A stretch of DNA of 64,000 nucleotides from the human T2T-CHM13v2.0 reference genome, Homo sapiens: the NCBI RefSeq assembly GCF_009914755.1, contig NC_060930.1, one strand, 5' to 3'. The number at the start of each line of letters is the position of its first letter. Position 1 is the stretch's first letter. Positions 13,145-27,050 of this stretch are shown piece by piece. The notes beneath the pieces were generated by a model. The model searched no databases, was not told the origin of the DNA, and saw only the letters and a list, made by a program, of their open reading frames with translations. The position numbers were made by a program, and so were the translations under genes.

Positions 13145-14599
13145 ATAACTTCTATTGATTCATCTTTGAATGCACTGATTTCTTTCCTCTCTTGTTTCCA
13201 AACTTCTGCTGAGCCCATCTGGTAATTTTTTAAATTTCAGATATTGTTTTTTCAGTTCCAAAATGTCCATTCGGTTATTTTTTGTAGTATGCACTCCTCT
13301 AAGAACTCTTACCTTTCGTTCTTTTTAAATGTGTTATTCTTTAACTCACAGAGCATAACTATCACAGCTGCTTTAAAGCCTTTGCCTAATAGTTCCAACA
13401 TCGAGTCATCTTGGGAATGGCATCTGTTTATTGTATCTTCCCTTGAGAATTGGTCAGACTTTCCTGGTTCTTGCCATGTTGAGTAATCTTGGCTTTTATC
13501 CTGGATGATGTGAATGTTATAATGTACAGTCTCTGGATCTGGTTATAATCCTCTGGGGAATGTTGATGAATAATCCTCTGGAGAAGGCAAACAACTTGCG
13601 TTGGTTAAGATCAAGTGTTCTGTCCGATCTTTTATGGCTGTGGTTTATATCTCAGTTCAGTTCTCAAAGCATTTTCAATGCTAGTTTGAGTGTGTGCCTG
13701 ACATGAAAAACTCAGATGCTAGTCTGAGATATGGGCAGTGGTTTAAATCTCAGTTTATTTCTCAAAGCCTTACTGTGCTGGTTTGGGTCTGCCCCACACA
13801 TGCACAGATGAGGAGTAAGCCTGAGCCTTATATAGATTTACAGATTTAGTAGATCTCCTTTTCTAGGTCTCAATATCCTGGGATTCCCTTACACTCTCCA
13901 GCATGCAGGACCTACTTCCAGGCAGAAATATGGGGTTCCCCTAGAAGTTTTGTGGCTGCTGCCACTGCCAAACCACTCTATGACTGGAGTTCACCCTGGA
14001 TACAAAGTTGTGAGAATGAACAACAACAAAAGAAAATATTGCCCAGTTTTCTTTTATCTCTGGCATCTGCCTGATTTGTTTGCTTTTCAGAACCTTCAGT
14101 AGTTTTTTTCAGCATTCTCAGTTAATTGACAACAAATTTCTAGTTCTAGTTCACTAGAGGAGTGAACTTTGGTGTTTATATCTGGTGCTGGTTCTGAAAC
14201 AACTCCCACCCCTTAACTATTTTAATGTGCATAATAATTTTCTCTGTAAGCTTCATCCTGAGAAGAGTTTTTGGTCAGTTATAGAAAAAATGGTGATTAT
14301 ATCTTTGCTTTTCTTCTCTTTTCTGATTTCTTGTCTTATCTTATATTATCCCATCTTTCCCTAAAACACACAATACCCTTATGTTTTATGCTTTCTAGTG
14401 CCTGTGATTAAAAATCTTACCTAGGCCAGTTCTCATCTCTTTCTTAGTATTTTCACCACTCTGTTAAGAATCCCATTTTCTGAGTAATCTACTTGAACTT
14501 AGTTATCAGGTGAAGCACATTTGGTAATCTAATTCTCTTGAAGGTGCTGTTGTCTGATAATGGTTATCGCTGCAGTCAGTGTTCCACTGAAATACTTTA

Positions 14600-14728
14600 G
14601 GGTATTTTTGGAAAATGACTTTGTATCAAATCTAAAGCCTCATCTCTGATACTAGAATTTTAAATTTCAGTATCAGATAATTATAGACATACCTTCATAC
14701 AAAGTAAATCAGTAGTAAAATTTTACCC
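14600..14728. repeat. Decayed ~130-bp inverted repeat (possible ancient MITE)
   Basis: Nested symmetric arms tctgatact/agtatcaga, actttgtat/atacaaagt and gggta/taccc around ~14661. Confidence 0.65.
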
Positions 14729-17700
14729 ATATATAAGGGCAATCATGGTTGATTATTTATATGTGACAATTCTTATATTTATATTTTATAATAAAAACAT
14801 GTATGATAATTTTTAAAAACCATGTTAGTAATAAAAGTGAATATATATTTTAGTAATGGTTTAAACTTTTAACTAATAATTTTTTGGTAATTTAGTTATA
14901 TTTAGTAATTTTTAAAATTCAGCAATAAAATATAGAAATTCTCTCAGGAACATCTGGGATTATTGTTTTGTTATTACTATCATGACACCCTTTAAGACAT
15001 CATTAAATACTTTTACTAAATAAAAGGAAAATGGTAAATATAATGAACTGTGAAAAACAGATAAAAGGCTTAATTATGTTTTAAAAATTCTAAAAACAAC
15101 AGATTTTTCTACCTTCTCCTCAAGTCACCCAAACCTACCTGAGTGAAATTTCTAGGATGTAAATCTAATGTTACAAGTTCTCTTTTTCATATTGCCTGGA
15201 AGTAATGTATGAAAACATTGGCCAATAGCATAGCATTTAGGCAAAATAATTGATAGTCCTTAAAATTTAGGTCAGACATCATCATCTGCTTTGTAGCTTT
15301 TTCCCTGCCTTTGCTCAGAAGAATGAAGCAATTCACTGTGTATATATCAAGAAAATATTTATCATATTGTGTGCTAACAGCTTGTTTAATTGGCAGTTTC
15401 TTTCATTGGATTATGACTTCTTTGAAGTAAAAAACTCTGTCTTCCTCAATTTTGCTTCTTTAGAGTAACAGTAAATCCTCATTTAATGTCTGTCCAAAAG
15501 GAGCATGAAAAGTAGAGAAGGAAGGATGAAAAGAAGGAAAGATCATGGATAGCACCAGGGTTATTATGGTCCAAAGGAGCCAGGCATGGAACAGCCAAAT
15601 ATAATTCAAGTGAGTGGTAAAAAGTACAATTTGGAAATCTAGAGCCCAGGGTCCTATGACATGGCAAGAGGAAGCCAGTTTGTGTTTGCTCTGGGTTAGG
15701 AGGTAAAGCATTCATCCAATCAACAAGAGAGGCAAGGCAAGCAAAGAGAGAATCCACCATGACATGCCATGAGGTCCAGGTGGTTAGAGTTCAAGGCGAG
15801 CCAGATACTTACCACAGGAAACCATAAATGTGAAGAAACTCTGCTTTCAGGGGCATATTCTGACACAGTGGTTGAGGAGAAGGTGCGATGGCTGTTGGCA
15901 TCCCTTCTTTGATACCTTCTTTAAAAACAGCTTTGGAGATTTTATTTCATCCCTAGACTTGGGTTATTTGAAAGAGTCTCTCAGGAGTCTGCTTAAAACA
16001 GCAAAGTATGTATTAAATGTCCAATGTGAGCAGACAGCTATGCAAGATGCTAGGAGCTGTGCTAAGCAAAAGCTCAACAGACAAAGCATGTGCTTTAGGG
16101 AAAAATAATATGAGGTGTGTGTGTGTGAATTCAGCTAGGCTGAAATAATGTGTTTCAAGCTTGGCCTGGTAGAAATTCATGTTGTGAAAAAGTCTTAAAT
16201 TATATTGGGAGAGAAAATGCAACAAAGACTTGAAAATCAATGAAGGTTTAGAGGTTAGCGTAGGTGAAGCATTTTTCCCTTGTGCTTTACACTGTTTTCT
16301 TTTATCCATCAAGACATTGGGCTAGATTCTACCATATGATAAATAGAAATTTACTAACCCCATTTGGGAAACTAGTCATTCAATCAATTCAGTTAAATAA
16401 ATATTTTCAAATACCTTCATGTGTCCAGTGTTGTGGCAAATGTGGAGGAGAAAAGAGAATTATTGGCATCATCTTGCTTTTGAAAATTTATTGGCAGAGG
16501 ACAAATGAAGCAGTATGAAATAACAAGAAGGCTTATCACAAAGATCTTGAATGAATTTAATGAAAAGCCATGAAGAGCACCAGTATACAAAGCTACTTCT
16601 TGCTTTCTCAGATTATCTGTTGCAGGGTTAGTCAAGGACTTGGATGACCATTGCGATGACTTTTGAATTGAGTTCCCTGCTTGATTTTGCTTCTGTTCTC
16701 CAGCTTCCTTTCTTTCTCTTGAGTTCCTGGACAGTGCTGGGTAATTTGATATCATTGTCATGGCTTCTGTGCTGGTAATCTGGCTATGTCTCCCCCATTG
16801 CTGGGCCTGTGAGACAGTCCTAGGGATGGCTGGGCTTCCTACCTTCTAACTGGCAGTAGGAAAGTAACAGAGCAGTCTGTAAGCACTGGGTGGATGCCTT
16901 TGAAACAGCTGTAATGGGCACCATTAAGAAGCAAATGTTTTTTTCAGCTTATATTAGGCGGTTATAATTGACTCTGTTTCTTTGGAGGTTGAGAAAACAC
17001 ATCTTTTTCTGCTCTGACGTCAGCTCTTATGGCCAACCCCAGATGATCTTATCTTGGGTGATCCCAGCTGTTGGTGTTTTAATTTCTCAGTAAATGTCAT
17101 CGAAGAACTTAGAATACACTTTTTAGGAATGGTGTACTAGACCTTTGATTGCAAGAAACAAAGCTAGCTGAGTGAAAAGATATTTACTTAATATATAAAC
17201 ATGGAAATAAGCTGGGTCTTGTGAGAATGAAGTTGGAAACTGGAAAGCTTTAGGAATGGAGACAGATAATCCCTCTGCTTCTCTCTGCGTTTCTGGCTTT
17301 TGCTTCTCTCAGCACATCTGCTTTAATCCCTTGTTTCACTGTGCACTTTGGCTTTTTCTAACTTAAACATTAGTTCATACAATGGTCAGGCAGGTCACCC
17401 CAGCTCCACCTCTATGTGACCTGTCAGTGGAAGTTCCTGCTATCTGACTCTAGCTTTGTAAGTCTTAGTTCAAAATGTCAGAGAAGGAGCTTTCCTGGAG
17501 ACATGTGCCCACATACTGCTCAATCACTGTGGCCATAGGAGCAGAGTCATATGGTAAATATGTGGCCACCAAGCTCATCCCTACAGCCGATGTTGTGCTA
17601 TAACAAATAATATGATACCAGCTGTGCAAGAATCCCCAGACCTACCTACAGAAGTGCATAGGAGTGAGATCCAGCCTTGGAGCAATCCTTCTTGCCCAAG

Positions 17701-18253
17701 TCAAGTCACCTTGCTAGCTCTTCCTGAAACAGGATGACTCACTGCCTTTCTAGATCCAGAGTTTGAGAGTTCTCTCTTTGTTCAAGGGGTTCAGGGGTCT
17801 AACTGCCAAATTTCCAAGTTACCTTTTTTTATTTTCTTAAAGAATATTTATGGATATGGGTCCTCATGTATAAGGAGTTCTGGTGGCCTGCCACCTGGAT
17901 ATCCCAAGGTTCTCTGGATGTGCTCAGCCTGCATTGGATATCAGCGTAACCCTGGTCACATACAGTTTAATAAATTGCATGTTGTTAAAAAAGGGGAAGA
18001 GATTAATATGGCTAAGTTGATATGGGAAAATATTTTCAGTGGCAGAAAATTCCCTTCTTTGATTGTTTCTTCCCCCATAGGCTTGAAAGAAAGTCAACTC
18101 TTTGGAGCAGACCAAAATCTGTCTTGAAAATTAGGGAGTAAATTTTATTTAATTCATTCAATGAACATTTGCCGTTCCATGCATCAGACACTGTGTGAAG
18201 TCCTATGCCAATAGAGATGATGTTCCTTGATTTGTAATGGGCCTCTCTGTATG

Positions 18254-18428
18254 CAGGATGGGCTACACAATTTGAGGGGCCCAGAATTAAATGAAAATGC
18301 AAGGTTCCTCCTTCGAAAATTATGAAGACTCTTCAAGTTGGTGATAGAGCATTAGATTAAGGGCAGGGCCTTTCTGAGTGTGAGACCCTGTGCGTTGTGC
18401 AACTTGCATGTGCACAAAACCATCCCTG
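18254..18428 (-). mobile_element. MER45A hAT-Tip100 MITE
   Basis: cagg...ccctg termini, matches reverse MER45A; 8-bp TSD tctgtatg/gctgtatg. Confidence 0.88.
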
Positions 18429-21400
18429 GCTGTATGAGCATGGGCGTACTTTAACTATGTTCCTCACCATGCCATGAAGAAAATAGGGGACACTTTATTT
18501 CCTTCCTATGGAGTAGATATATGAGGTAGCCCCAATTATTCCTCTCCTTCTTCAGACTGTTTGCACCATAGGCAAAGAACAACAACAACAACAGTAACTT
18601 CACAGTTTGTAATTATTTTAAACAGTAAAACTCATTGCTTTTAATTATAATCTATCATAATTTAGTTACAATATGGAATAATGAGTAGTCATTAGTTAAT
18701 TATAAATATGTATTCCCTATAGCAGTTTTCATGTTAAATCTCCCTTTTTCTTGTTATTGTGTAAAACTTTCAGGTGGTATGTTTATAAGCTCCTCTGTAA
18801 TAGATTTTACATACAGTTAATTTTGGTTTAGTTTGTATCCTGGATTATAATAGTCTACAAAATAGCAACTCAATACATTTTAGCTGAGAAAGACAATTGA
18901 CCAGTTGTGTTTCAAAGGGATACAGTGATTTATAATGCCTGAATGTGTGAATTTCAAGTCTTTATTATGCTAAACCAGAGGGAAGTGGTTTATTCTGAGG
19001 GGAAAATGGCAGATTTCTACAAGCTATATAATGTACCTTAAAATAATTTAAGTAATAAGTTTCATCTCAGGATTTTCATTAACTCAAGCAGCATGTATTA
19101 TAAAACACATCAGGTTGATGTATTATAAAAATTCTGAATTTTTTTAAGAAAGAAGGGCTTATGTAAAATATTTAGATGAAAAAGTTTCTAAAGCGAGAAT
19201 AAAGTGTCTTGGGAATTATTCATAAAAATTACAATAAAATTATCCTTTGTAGCATCAATATTTGGCCTGAAATTTAATACATAATCATATTGTGAAGGTC
19301 ATTTTATTTTTCAAGGCTGGACTTCTGAACTGATCTATCTTCCCTTATGTATTCTTTATCCTGCTGTGATGCTCCTGTGGACCTGGGCTCTGCTCTCTGC
19401 AGGACTGTCTCATTCTCCCATTTGCAGATGCCATCGTTTCAGGGGCAAGGAAAGGCTCCACATTAGATGCAGGCAGAAACTGAAACTCTGGATATTCCAG
19501 CCTGCCATCCACAGGCTTGTTTCACCCTGCTTGGTTCCCGAAGTGGTGGGAACTTGAGAAACAATACACTGAGAGTCCCTTTCCTACCATTGAGAACGAT
19601 CTGTAAATAGTCTGTTAATTTGAGCTCATTGTCTGGTACATGAGAAAGATTCAGCTCTGGCTAAGCAGAGGTCTGCATCTTCCCTTATTCTTGCAATCCC
19701 ATTGGAAGTATGGCCAATCTGCTGTATAGATCTGCTTGATGGGCTCCTGCCTTCTGGTTCCTACTCTAGTTTTTTCCTGGGACTGGATCCTAGGCCATGG
19801 GGTTGCCTGGTACTCAACCTATTTCCAAGTTCCTGTCAGGTTCTTCTCTCTGCTTCAAGCATTTATTAGAGAGACTTGAATATCTATCAAGTCTAATCTG
19901 ACTCTGCCTGCCAGTTGACTGGACAACTCTTCCATTGACTGGACATTCTTCTGTGCTCGTTCCCCTGCCCCTTGGAATTAGATGTTGGTAATGTTGTAGC
20001 CTGACCAGACACATGCAAGCATTTGCAATGCTCCAGTGAGATTGCTGATCTCTTCCCATAGTGGCCTCACCTTATTTGTAGATTTCTCTCAGCTCCTACT
20101 CTATGCTGCTCTTAAAGGCTCCAGATTGTTACCAGGGCTTGGGCAACTATAACAGCAACCAGGAAATTGATTGAGATTAATCATTAGTTGCAGTGGCTTA
20201 TCAAAGTGCCTTGGATGTGATCTGAGTTGAGTGGTTGTAACTGAATTGATCTCCTCTATTGACAAAATATAAAAAATATTCCATCTATTTGCAGAACAAT
20301 TCTTGTGAAGTAACAAAGAAAAGAAAGTACCATTATATGAGCACTTAGCCTACCTTCACCCCTCCTGTGGGGTAAAAATCAAAGTGTGCCTGCTTTTCTT
20401 TTAGCCACAGAGGCTGATGATCCACGATCCTCTCTGGTTTAGTGGCTCCAAGAGACTAAGAAGTTCTAGAGTTGACATGGGCTTCTGTTCTTTTCTTTGG
20501 TGGCTCCCTGACTAAGAATTGGCTCCAGAGCTTGCTCCAGAACACTCAGGGGGAACTGAATTTCAACTCCCATTAGGCAATCCCCTGACTACTAAGGACC
20601 TACTACTCTCCTTTATCTCTCTCTTCTCCATTCTGAGCCTGCTCAGAAACAGAGATTTTCCCTGGACAAAGCTGCCTGGTAGTAAATGTAACAAAGAAGG
20701 GTCCTTTCAGCATCCACCATCTCCCCTCCGGGCCCTGGTTTTTTTGTTCCCTATACCCTCCAGGTTCCTTGTTTCATGTCAAGACCCATTTTCAGGTTCC
20801 ATTTGGGAAAAAGTAGTACACTTTCATTGTAAAGTGTAAATAAATAATAGCTAGCTATTGTCTTATTTTTATTAGATATGTACATATGTATAAATGTGTA
20901 TATCAAATATGATATTATCTATATGTATTGTACTTATGAACAAAAAAGACATGAATTATTTTTAATGCTAGGTGCATAAGTAAAACAATGATTTGAATGA
21001 AGTTAACAAATCAAAACCCAAATAGTGAGGATGAGGAAATTTGAAGTTGGGTGAGAAAATTTGACTGAAAACATAGTTTAAGAATACTAATGTAATTGAG
21101 AATTAATGTTCTCTCTGAGCTTTCTGATATCTGAGGGCAAAATTATGGTATGATTGGGTTCATAGATCTTATTTTGTCCTTGATCAAAGGAAACACATAC
21201 GTTTAAAGGAGAGATAAAATGATAAAATATCTATAATCTCTATACTATGAGAAAAATTTAAACTCACAAATCCTCTTATGTAAGGGTTATGAATATATAT
21301 TACACATTACTGAATGTTTATGAAATATATACATAGACTATACATAGTGTATATGTATGAATATACATATTTATAGAAGGTATATATATGACTATAATTT

Positions 21401-22493
21401 TTAAAATTTTATTAGGGAATAATTATCGAGCCCAAAAGGAGTGTGAAAGGATATTTAGGTGGTGTGCATTGTTCCTTATCTCCTCAGATCACACCACCAA
21501 CACTACCCTTGGAGCCATGATTTTCTCTGCAGGAAGCAGAATGCTTCTCACCAAGTAGGAAGCACATTCCCATGATGCCCTTCTCCAGTACAGTGTCTAG
21601 GGGTTTCAGGACATGTCTAGTCCCGGAGCTGTACAAATAATTCAGTAACTTCTCAGGTTATGAGATTACCCTCTGGTGAAGTCACCTGGGCTTGAGGGTT
21701 GGTTTGGCACAGATCATTGTTAGTAGTTATTTGTCATTGGTCTTTTAGTGTATTACCTTTTTAGTGTAGATTTTATACTTCAGGTCAATCCTGGCAGCCA
21801 GATTGGCTGCTGTAATGAAGATGTGTGGATATATTTTCTATTCAGGGTTAGTGACATAACTGAATAGGCTTTCTTTGGGTTAAGAGTGACAAGTTAATCT
21901 TAGCAACTTTAAAATTATTTTCTGCTTGCTATATTAGAAGATATAAATACCTAAATGGGAATTTTTTTGTTTATTCTTATTTTTCTTCCAATAATTAAGT
22001 AAAATGCCATTAGTAGGACTGATTTTCCGTTAGAAAACATTTTAATCTGTGCACGCATATATTCTTTCTAGAAAAAGAAAAACATCCATTCATGAGAGTT
22101 CAGGGATACGTGAAAATGAAGCAAATGAGGAAAGACCCATTCACATTCCTCCAAAAGGTAATAGAATATTAATACTGAAAGGAGTATCAGCTAATACATA
22201 GAGATAAAAATCAGTAGTATTCTGCCTACAGTTCTTTCATTTTAAAATAATATTTATGAAGAATTTGATAAAGATAATCAGCCATAAAGTAATGAATCAA
22301 AGTACTTAGACTTCTAGAAGTATTTGGCTTGGGGTAAATATGACTTAGCAATGGGTATTTCCTTGGTCCTGGAGAATGCCACTGTGCTCACAAATGGGAA
22401 CACACAGCTCTGAAAAGCTAATCACACCTGCGATGTTGGTGGCTGTTTCTCTTAGAAATTCTTTCTGACGTCTATGTCATGTCCTCTTTCCAG

Positions 22494-22659
22494 ATCTGTG
22501 GCTCACTGGAATCATGTTACTGGCTCCTGGTAGTCCCTGACTTTACCTGTTTGTTCCAGGAACTTGCTTTATGGCCATTTGTTCTAATGATCAGTTTGGA
22601 CAACCAACCTTTATTCCTCCACCTCAGACAATATTCAACATCCTGTAATCATCATAGCG
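22494..22659 (+). other. Candidate spliced exon with two alternative acceptors (22494, 22560); probably non-coding
   Basis: ctgac...tcctctttccag| and ccctgac tttacctgtttgttccag| acceptors; donor GCG|gtaagt. Confidence 0.4.
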
Positions 22660-23339
22660 GTAAGTAAGTACTTATTTCTTCCCTCATAGACTGCCTTATT
22701 TTAAAACCATTTTTCGGATGGGGTCTTTCTTGGACAAGCAGAGGATGCTTGGAAGCATTCCTCGCATACATTGTGTTGGGTCATTCTTATCTTCATAACA
22801 TATCTCAAATGTAGGCAAAATCTATAGGTGTCTAAACCTACCAGTGCTTCTTTTCATGTTTGATGCTCCCTTAAGAGGAGAATTAAATGGAGAACAGGAA
22901 TATCTATCACATAATTAGGGACAAACTCTAAAGGGCAAATATTTCAGAGAGATACTAAATATGGGGTTGAATTCATCCTAGGTGTAAGTGACTGATACCT
23001 GATCTTTTCCCTAGTCATATGGGTGGTGATGAGTGGAGGCAGAAACAGACAGGTAACAAGGGAAATGAATGTGTTCAGAGGAAATCTGGGATAATGTGGA
23101 GAAAAAAATTTGGGATGGGTTGGGGAAGAGGCAAACCTGGAGACTGGGAAACTTCATAAATTTTACCTACCTCAAAATAGCCCCTGAAATCAGCTCTGCA
23201 TAAAACTTACAATAAGTTTTGGATTGCCATTCTGGTTACATGCCTCCCCTGGCCAAAATATTAATAATTGGAAGTTGATGAGACATGAAAATTTAGGTGG
23301 AAATCCCTAAAGACAAAAGTGTGTAAATGCTAATCATCA

Positions 23340-24022
23340 CTCTACAATGCGATACAGGTACCCACTGATTCTTAATTCACGTCTCCCTCTCAGTGCCAAC
23401 TTGCTTTTCCCCTGGTTTTTCTCATGTCATTAAATGGCACTTCTTTTATTCCAAGACTCAGGCTGAAAACTTTGTAGTCATCGTGATTCCTCTCTTTCCT
23501 TCAGATTATGGGGTCAGCATAAAATGCAACTTTGTTTCCATAGCTGATGGGCCCTTCAGGGTCTGGCTCCTGGTTAATCCCTGACTTTGTCTCCTTCCAT
23601 CCTCCCCTTGCTCACCACACTCCAATGCCATGGACTTTCTGCTGTTCTTGGCAGATATGTGCTCCACCTCAAGGCCTTTGCACATGCACTTCTCTCTGTG
23701 TTACTCTTTTCCTGGATATCCCTCTGGTTCACTCTAATCAGGTCTCTGCCCACATAGCATATTACAGAAGTCTTCCCTGGCTACTGTATCTTAATTAGCA
23801 CTTCCCATTACTCTCTGTTTATTTTGCCTTTTTTTCATTATAGCATTTACTATTACCTGACATAACATAGTATTACATGCCATGATGTTATGTATTTATA
23901 CATGTATTGATGTATTGATCAATTGTGTCTCTCCCACTAAAAGGTGTTATATCAGTTTTTCATATCTGTTATTTGTTTCTCTTTTGTAGTCTCAAGATTT
24001 GTTGAATGAATAAGTAAATGAA
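23340..24022 (+). mobile_element. L2 LINE 3' region
   Basis: 'ctcaaggcctttgcacatgc' motif; 3' tail 'ttgttgaatgaataagtaaatgaa'. Confidence 0.8.
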
Positions 24023-25357
24023 CAAGAGGTGATGTTTTTGGAAAGTAGCCATAATCTAGAACTATGTACATTAAAATGACTTTATGGTTCAGGCAAGGGT
24101 AAATAGCAGGCAACTACATAATTTTCAGGGTGCTAGGTGTGGAAGCCACTTACTTTTTAACCCTAGGTGCTGCCTGCTTTCCTTGGCCACCAAGTGGAGG
24201 TGTTACCATCTGGTGGGTCAGAGGTAAGAAACTATATCCTGGTGCCTCCCTGGGGAAACCCGTCCCCATGCAGAAGGAGATGACAATAAATCTAGGGAAG
24301 GTCTTTTTCAACTTCTTGAACCACAGTTTTGTTTTTTTTTATGAACTAGATTACTGTCAGGTGCTTTTCTAAGGAAACTCACATCACAAACACTTAAAAA
24401 TAACAGAAGTAAACCCAGCAGTGACAGTGACTATACATTCCTGAGGAACTTGGGGGAGGAAGGAGACAAGTTTCAAGCCAGAGTTTTGTGGTGACTAAGT
24501 ATCCCATAACTTTGTCTGACAACCCTCCCAAACTGTGGGGGTGGCCTATGGGGACTGCTTCCAGTCTTGGCTACTTGGTACAATGGTATGAATACATTAA
24601 CAATAGACAATATAGACAAATTACGTACTTGTATAAGGTAAAACTATATGATCCTTGTAAACAGAGAAGTTTCTCTTCTTTCTCAAGTAAAAGACAGACT
24701 TGAAATAGACCAATAAGTTGATAAAATGAACCAACAAGGGTATGGTGTATAGAATTTGTGGGGCCATGACTGGCCAGACTCTTATTGTGAAAGCATGGAA
24801 GGTGTGAATTTCGGAGACATGGAAGGGCTCAGTGACAACAGCGAAAAAATAATTAAAAAAACACAATCCAGGAAGAATACAATTGAAATTTGAGCCAGTA
24901 GCTGTTTACTTATTTATAAAGGGGTCTTTTGCAGAAAATATGGAACTGCTGTTTTTACTGCCTTGTTTTTGAAGTCCCCATGACAATCTATTCCTGTGAA
25001 ACTCATACCCAACTTTCAGAGCAGTTCCTCGACTATGTGATGGTTGAACTTTGCAGCCTGGAATGTCCTTCATCTCCTTTTGTTATCTGTTATTTAGATT
25101 TCAAGGTAGGCACCTCCCCAACCCTTCTATAAAAACAAATGCTCTGTGTTCTTTTCTTCCATGGCGTTGTAACTTGTTTACACCATCACTGTGCCACATT
25201 GGCCCACAGTAGTGCTTTCAAGACCTGCTCCCCGATAGCCTGTGATTTTTCATCAAGGCAGTATTGCCTTATTCATTTGTCTTAGTTTGGCACAGAGTAG
25301 AATTGTTAGTGGATTTCACCTTCTCTACCAGTATTTTCATTGCTTCAGTTTTCTCTT

Positions 25358-27050
25358 ATTATTTATTTATATATTTATTTTTAAATTTTAGATTCAAGGG
25401 GTACATGTGCAGGTTTGTTATATGGGATATATTGTATAATGCTGAAGTTTAGACTTCTATTGATGCCATCACCCAAGTAGTGAATATAGTACCTGATAGA
25501 TAGTTTTTCAACGCTTGCTGCCTCTCTCCATCCTCCTTTTTGGAGTCTCCAGTGTCTATCATTCCCATTTTTGTGTCCATGTGTACTCAATGTTTAGCTC
25601 CCACTTACAAGTGAGAACATGTGGTATTTGGTTTTCTGTTTCTGCCTGAATTCACTTAGAATGATGGCCTTCGGCTGCATCCATGTTGCTACAAAGGACA
25701 TAATTTTGTTCTTTTTTATGCCTGTGTAGTAGTCCCTGGTGTATATATACCACATTTTCTTTCCAATCCATCATTGATGGGCACCATTCTGTTGCGGGAA
25801 GTCAGAGACCCTGAACGGAGGGACCAGCTGAAGCCATGGCAGAAGAACATAAATTGTGAGGATTTCATGGACATTTATTAGTTCCCCAAATTAATAGTTT
25901 TATAATTTCTTTTGCCTGTCTTTACTGTAATCTCTGAACATAAATTGTGAAGATTTCATGGACACTTATCACTTCCCCAATCAATACCCTTGTGATTTCC
26001 TATGCCTGTCTTTACTTTAATCTCTTAATCCCATCATCTTTGTAAGCTGAGGAGGATGTATGTCACCTCAAGACCCTCTGATGTTTGCATTAACTGCACA
26101 AATTGTTTGTAGAGCATGTGTGTTTGAACAATATGAAATCTGGGCACCTTGAAAAAAGAACAGGATAACAGCAATGTTCAGGGAACGAGGGAGATAACCT
26201 TAAACTCTGACTGCCGGTGAGCCGGGCGGAACAGAGCCATATTTCTCTTCTTTCAAAAGCAAATGGGAGAAATATTGCTGAATTCTTTTTCGCAGTGAGG
26301 AACATCCCTGAGAAAGAGAATGCGTCCCTGTGGGGAGGCCTCTGAAATGGCCGCTTCGGGGACAGCTGTCTTTTACGGTTGTAGCGGAGGGATGAAATAA
26401 GCCCTGGTCTCCCGTAGCGCTCCCAGGCTTATTAGGACTAGGAAATTCTCGCCTAATAAATTTTGGTCAGACCAGTTGTCTGCTCTCAAGCCCTGTCTCC
26501 TGATAAGATGTTATCAATGACAATGCATGCCTGAAACTTCATTAGCAATTTTAATTTCACCCCAGTCCTGTGGTCCTGTCATTTCGCCCTGCCTCCATTT
26601 ACCTTGTGATATCTTATTACTTTGTGAACCATGTGATCTCTGTGACCCACACCCTATTCGTACACTCCCTCCCCTTTTGAAAATCACTAATAAAAACTTG
26701 CTGGTTTTACGGCTTAGGGGGCATCACAGAAACTGCCAACATGTGATGTCTCCCCTGGACACCCAGCTTTAAAATTTCTCTCTTTTGTATTCTGTCCCTT
26801 TATTTCTCAGACTGGCCGACACTTAGGGAAACTAGAAAAGAACCGACGTGAAATATCGGGGGTGAATTTCGCCCGATAGATTCCATGTCTTTGCTATTAT
26901 GAATAATGCTGTGATAAATATACAAGAGCATGTGTCTTTTTGGTAAAATGTTTTATTTTCCTTTAGGTATATGCCCAATAGTGGATTTCTTGGTGGTAAG
27001 GTAGTTCTATTTTCAGTTCTTTAAGAAATCTCCAAACTGCTTTCTACAGG
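25358..27050 (-). mobile_element. L1PA15/16-type 3' end, interrupted by MER11
   Basis: Reverse L1 3'UTR at 25380-25789, resuming at 26879 ('gattccatgtctttgctatt'). Confidence 0.88.
25790..26878 (+). mobile_element. MER11 (MER11C/B-like) HERV-K11 solo LTR
   Basis: Starts tgttgcgggaagtcag, ends ggggtgaatttcgcccgata; internal duplicated 'gaacataaattgtga.gatttcatggaca'; flanks cattc/gattc. Confidence 0.92.

Larger units (their letters stand above)
9860..14150 (-). mobile_element. Old L1M element (5'UTR/ORF1 region plus short ORF2 piece), interrupted by two LTRs
   Basis: ORF 10238-10627(-) has the L1 ORF1 C-terminal signature 'QWENIFKLL..QPRIPYSAKMS'; L1 sequence resumes on both sides of the LTRs. 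Confidence 0.8.

Noticed and set aside
11441-13218. Cluster of overlapping 60-164 aa ORFs on both strands
   Set aside because: All lie in the GC-rich MER52 LTR, where stop codons are scarce; no recognisable domain.
15807-15813. Minus-strand consensus donor GTG|GTAAGT (others near 5430 and 20070)
   Set aside because: No convincing paired acceptor or recognisable reading frame; expected by chance.
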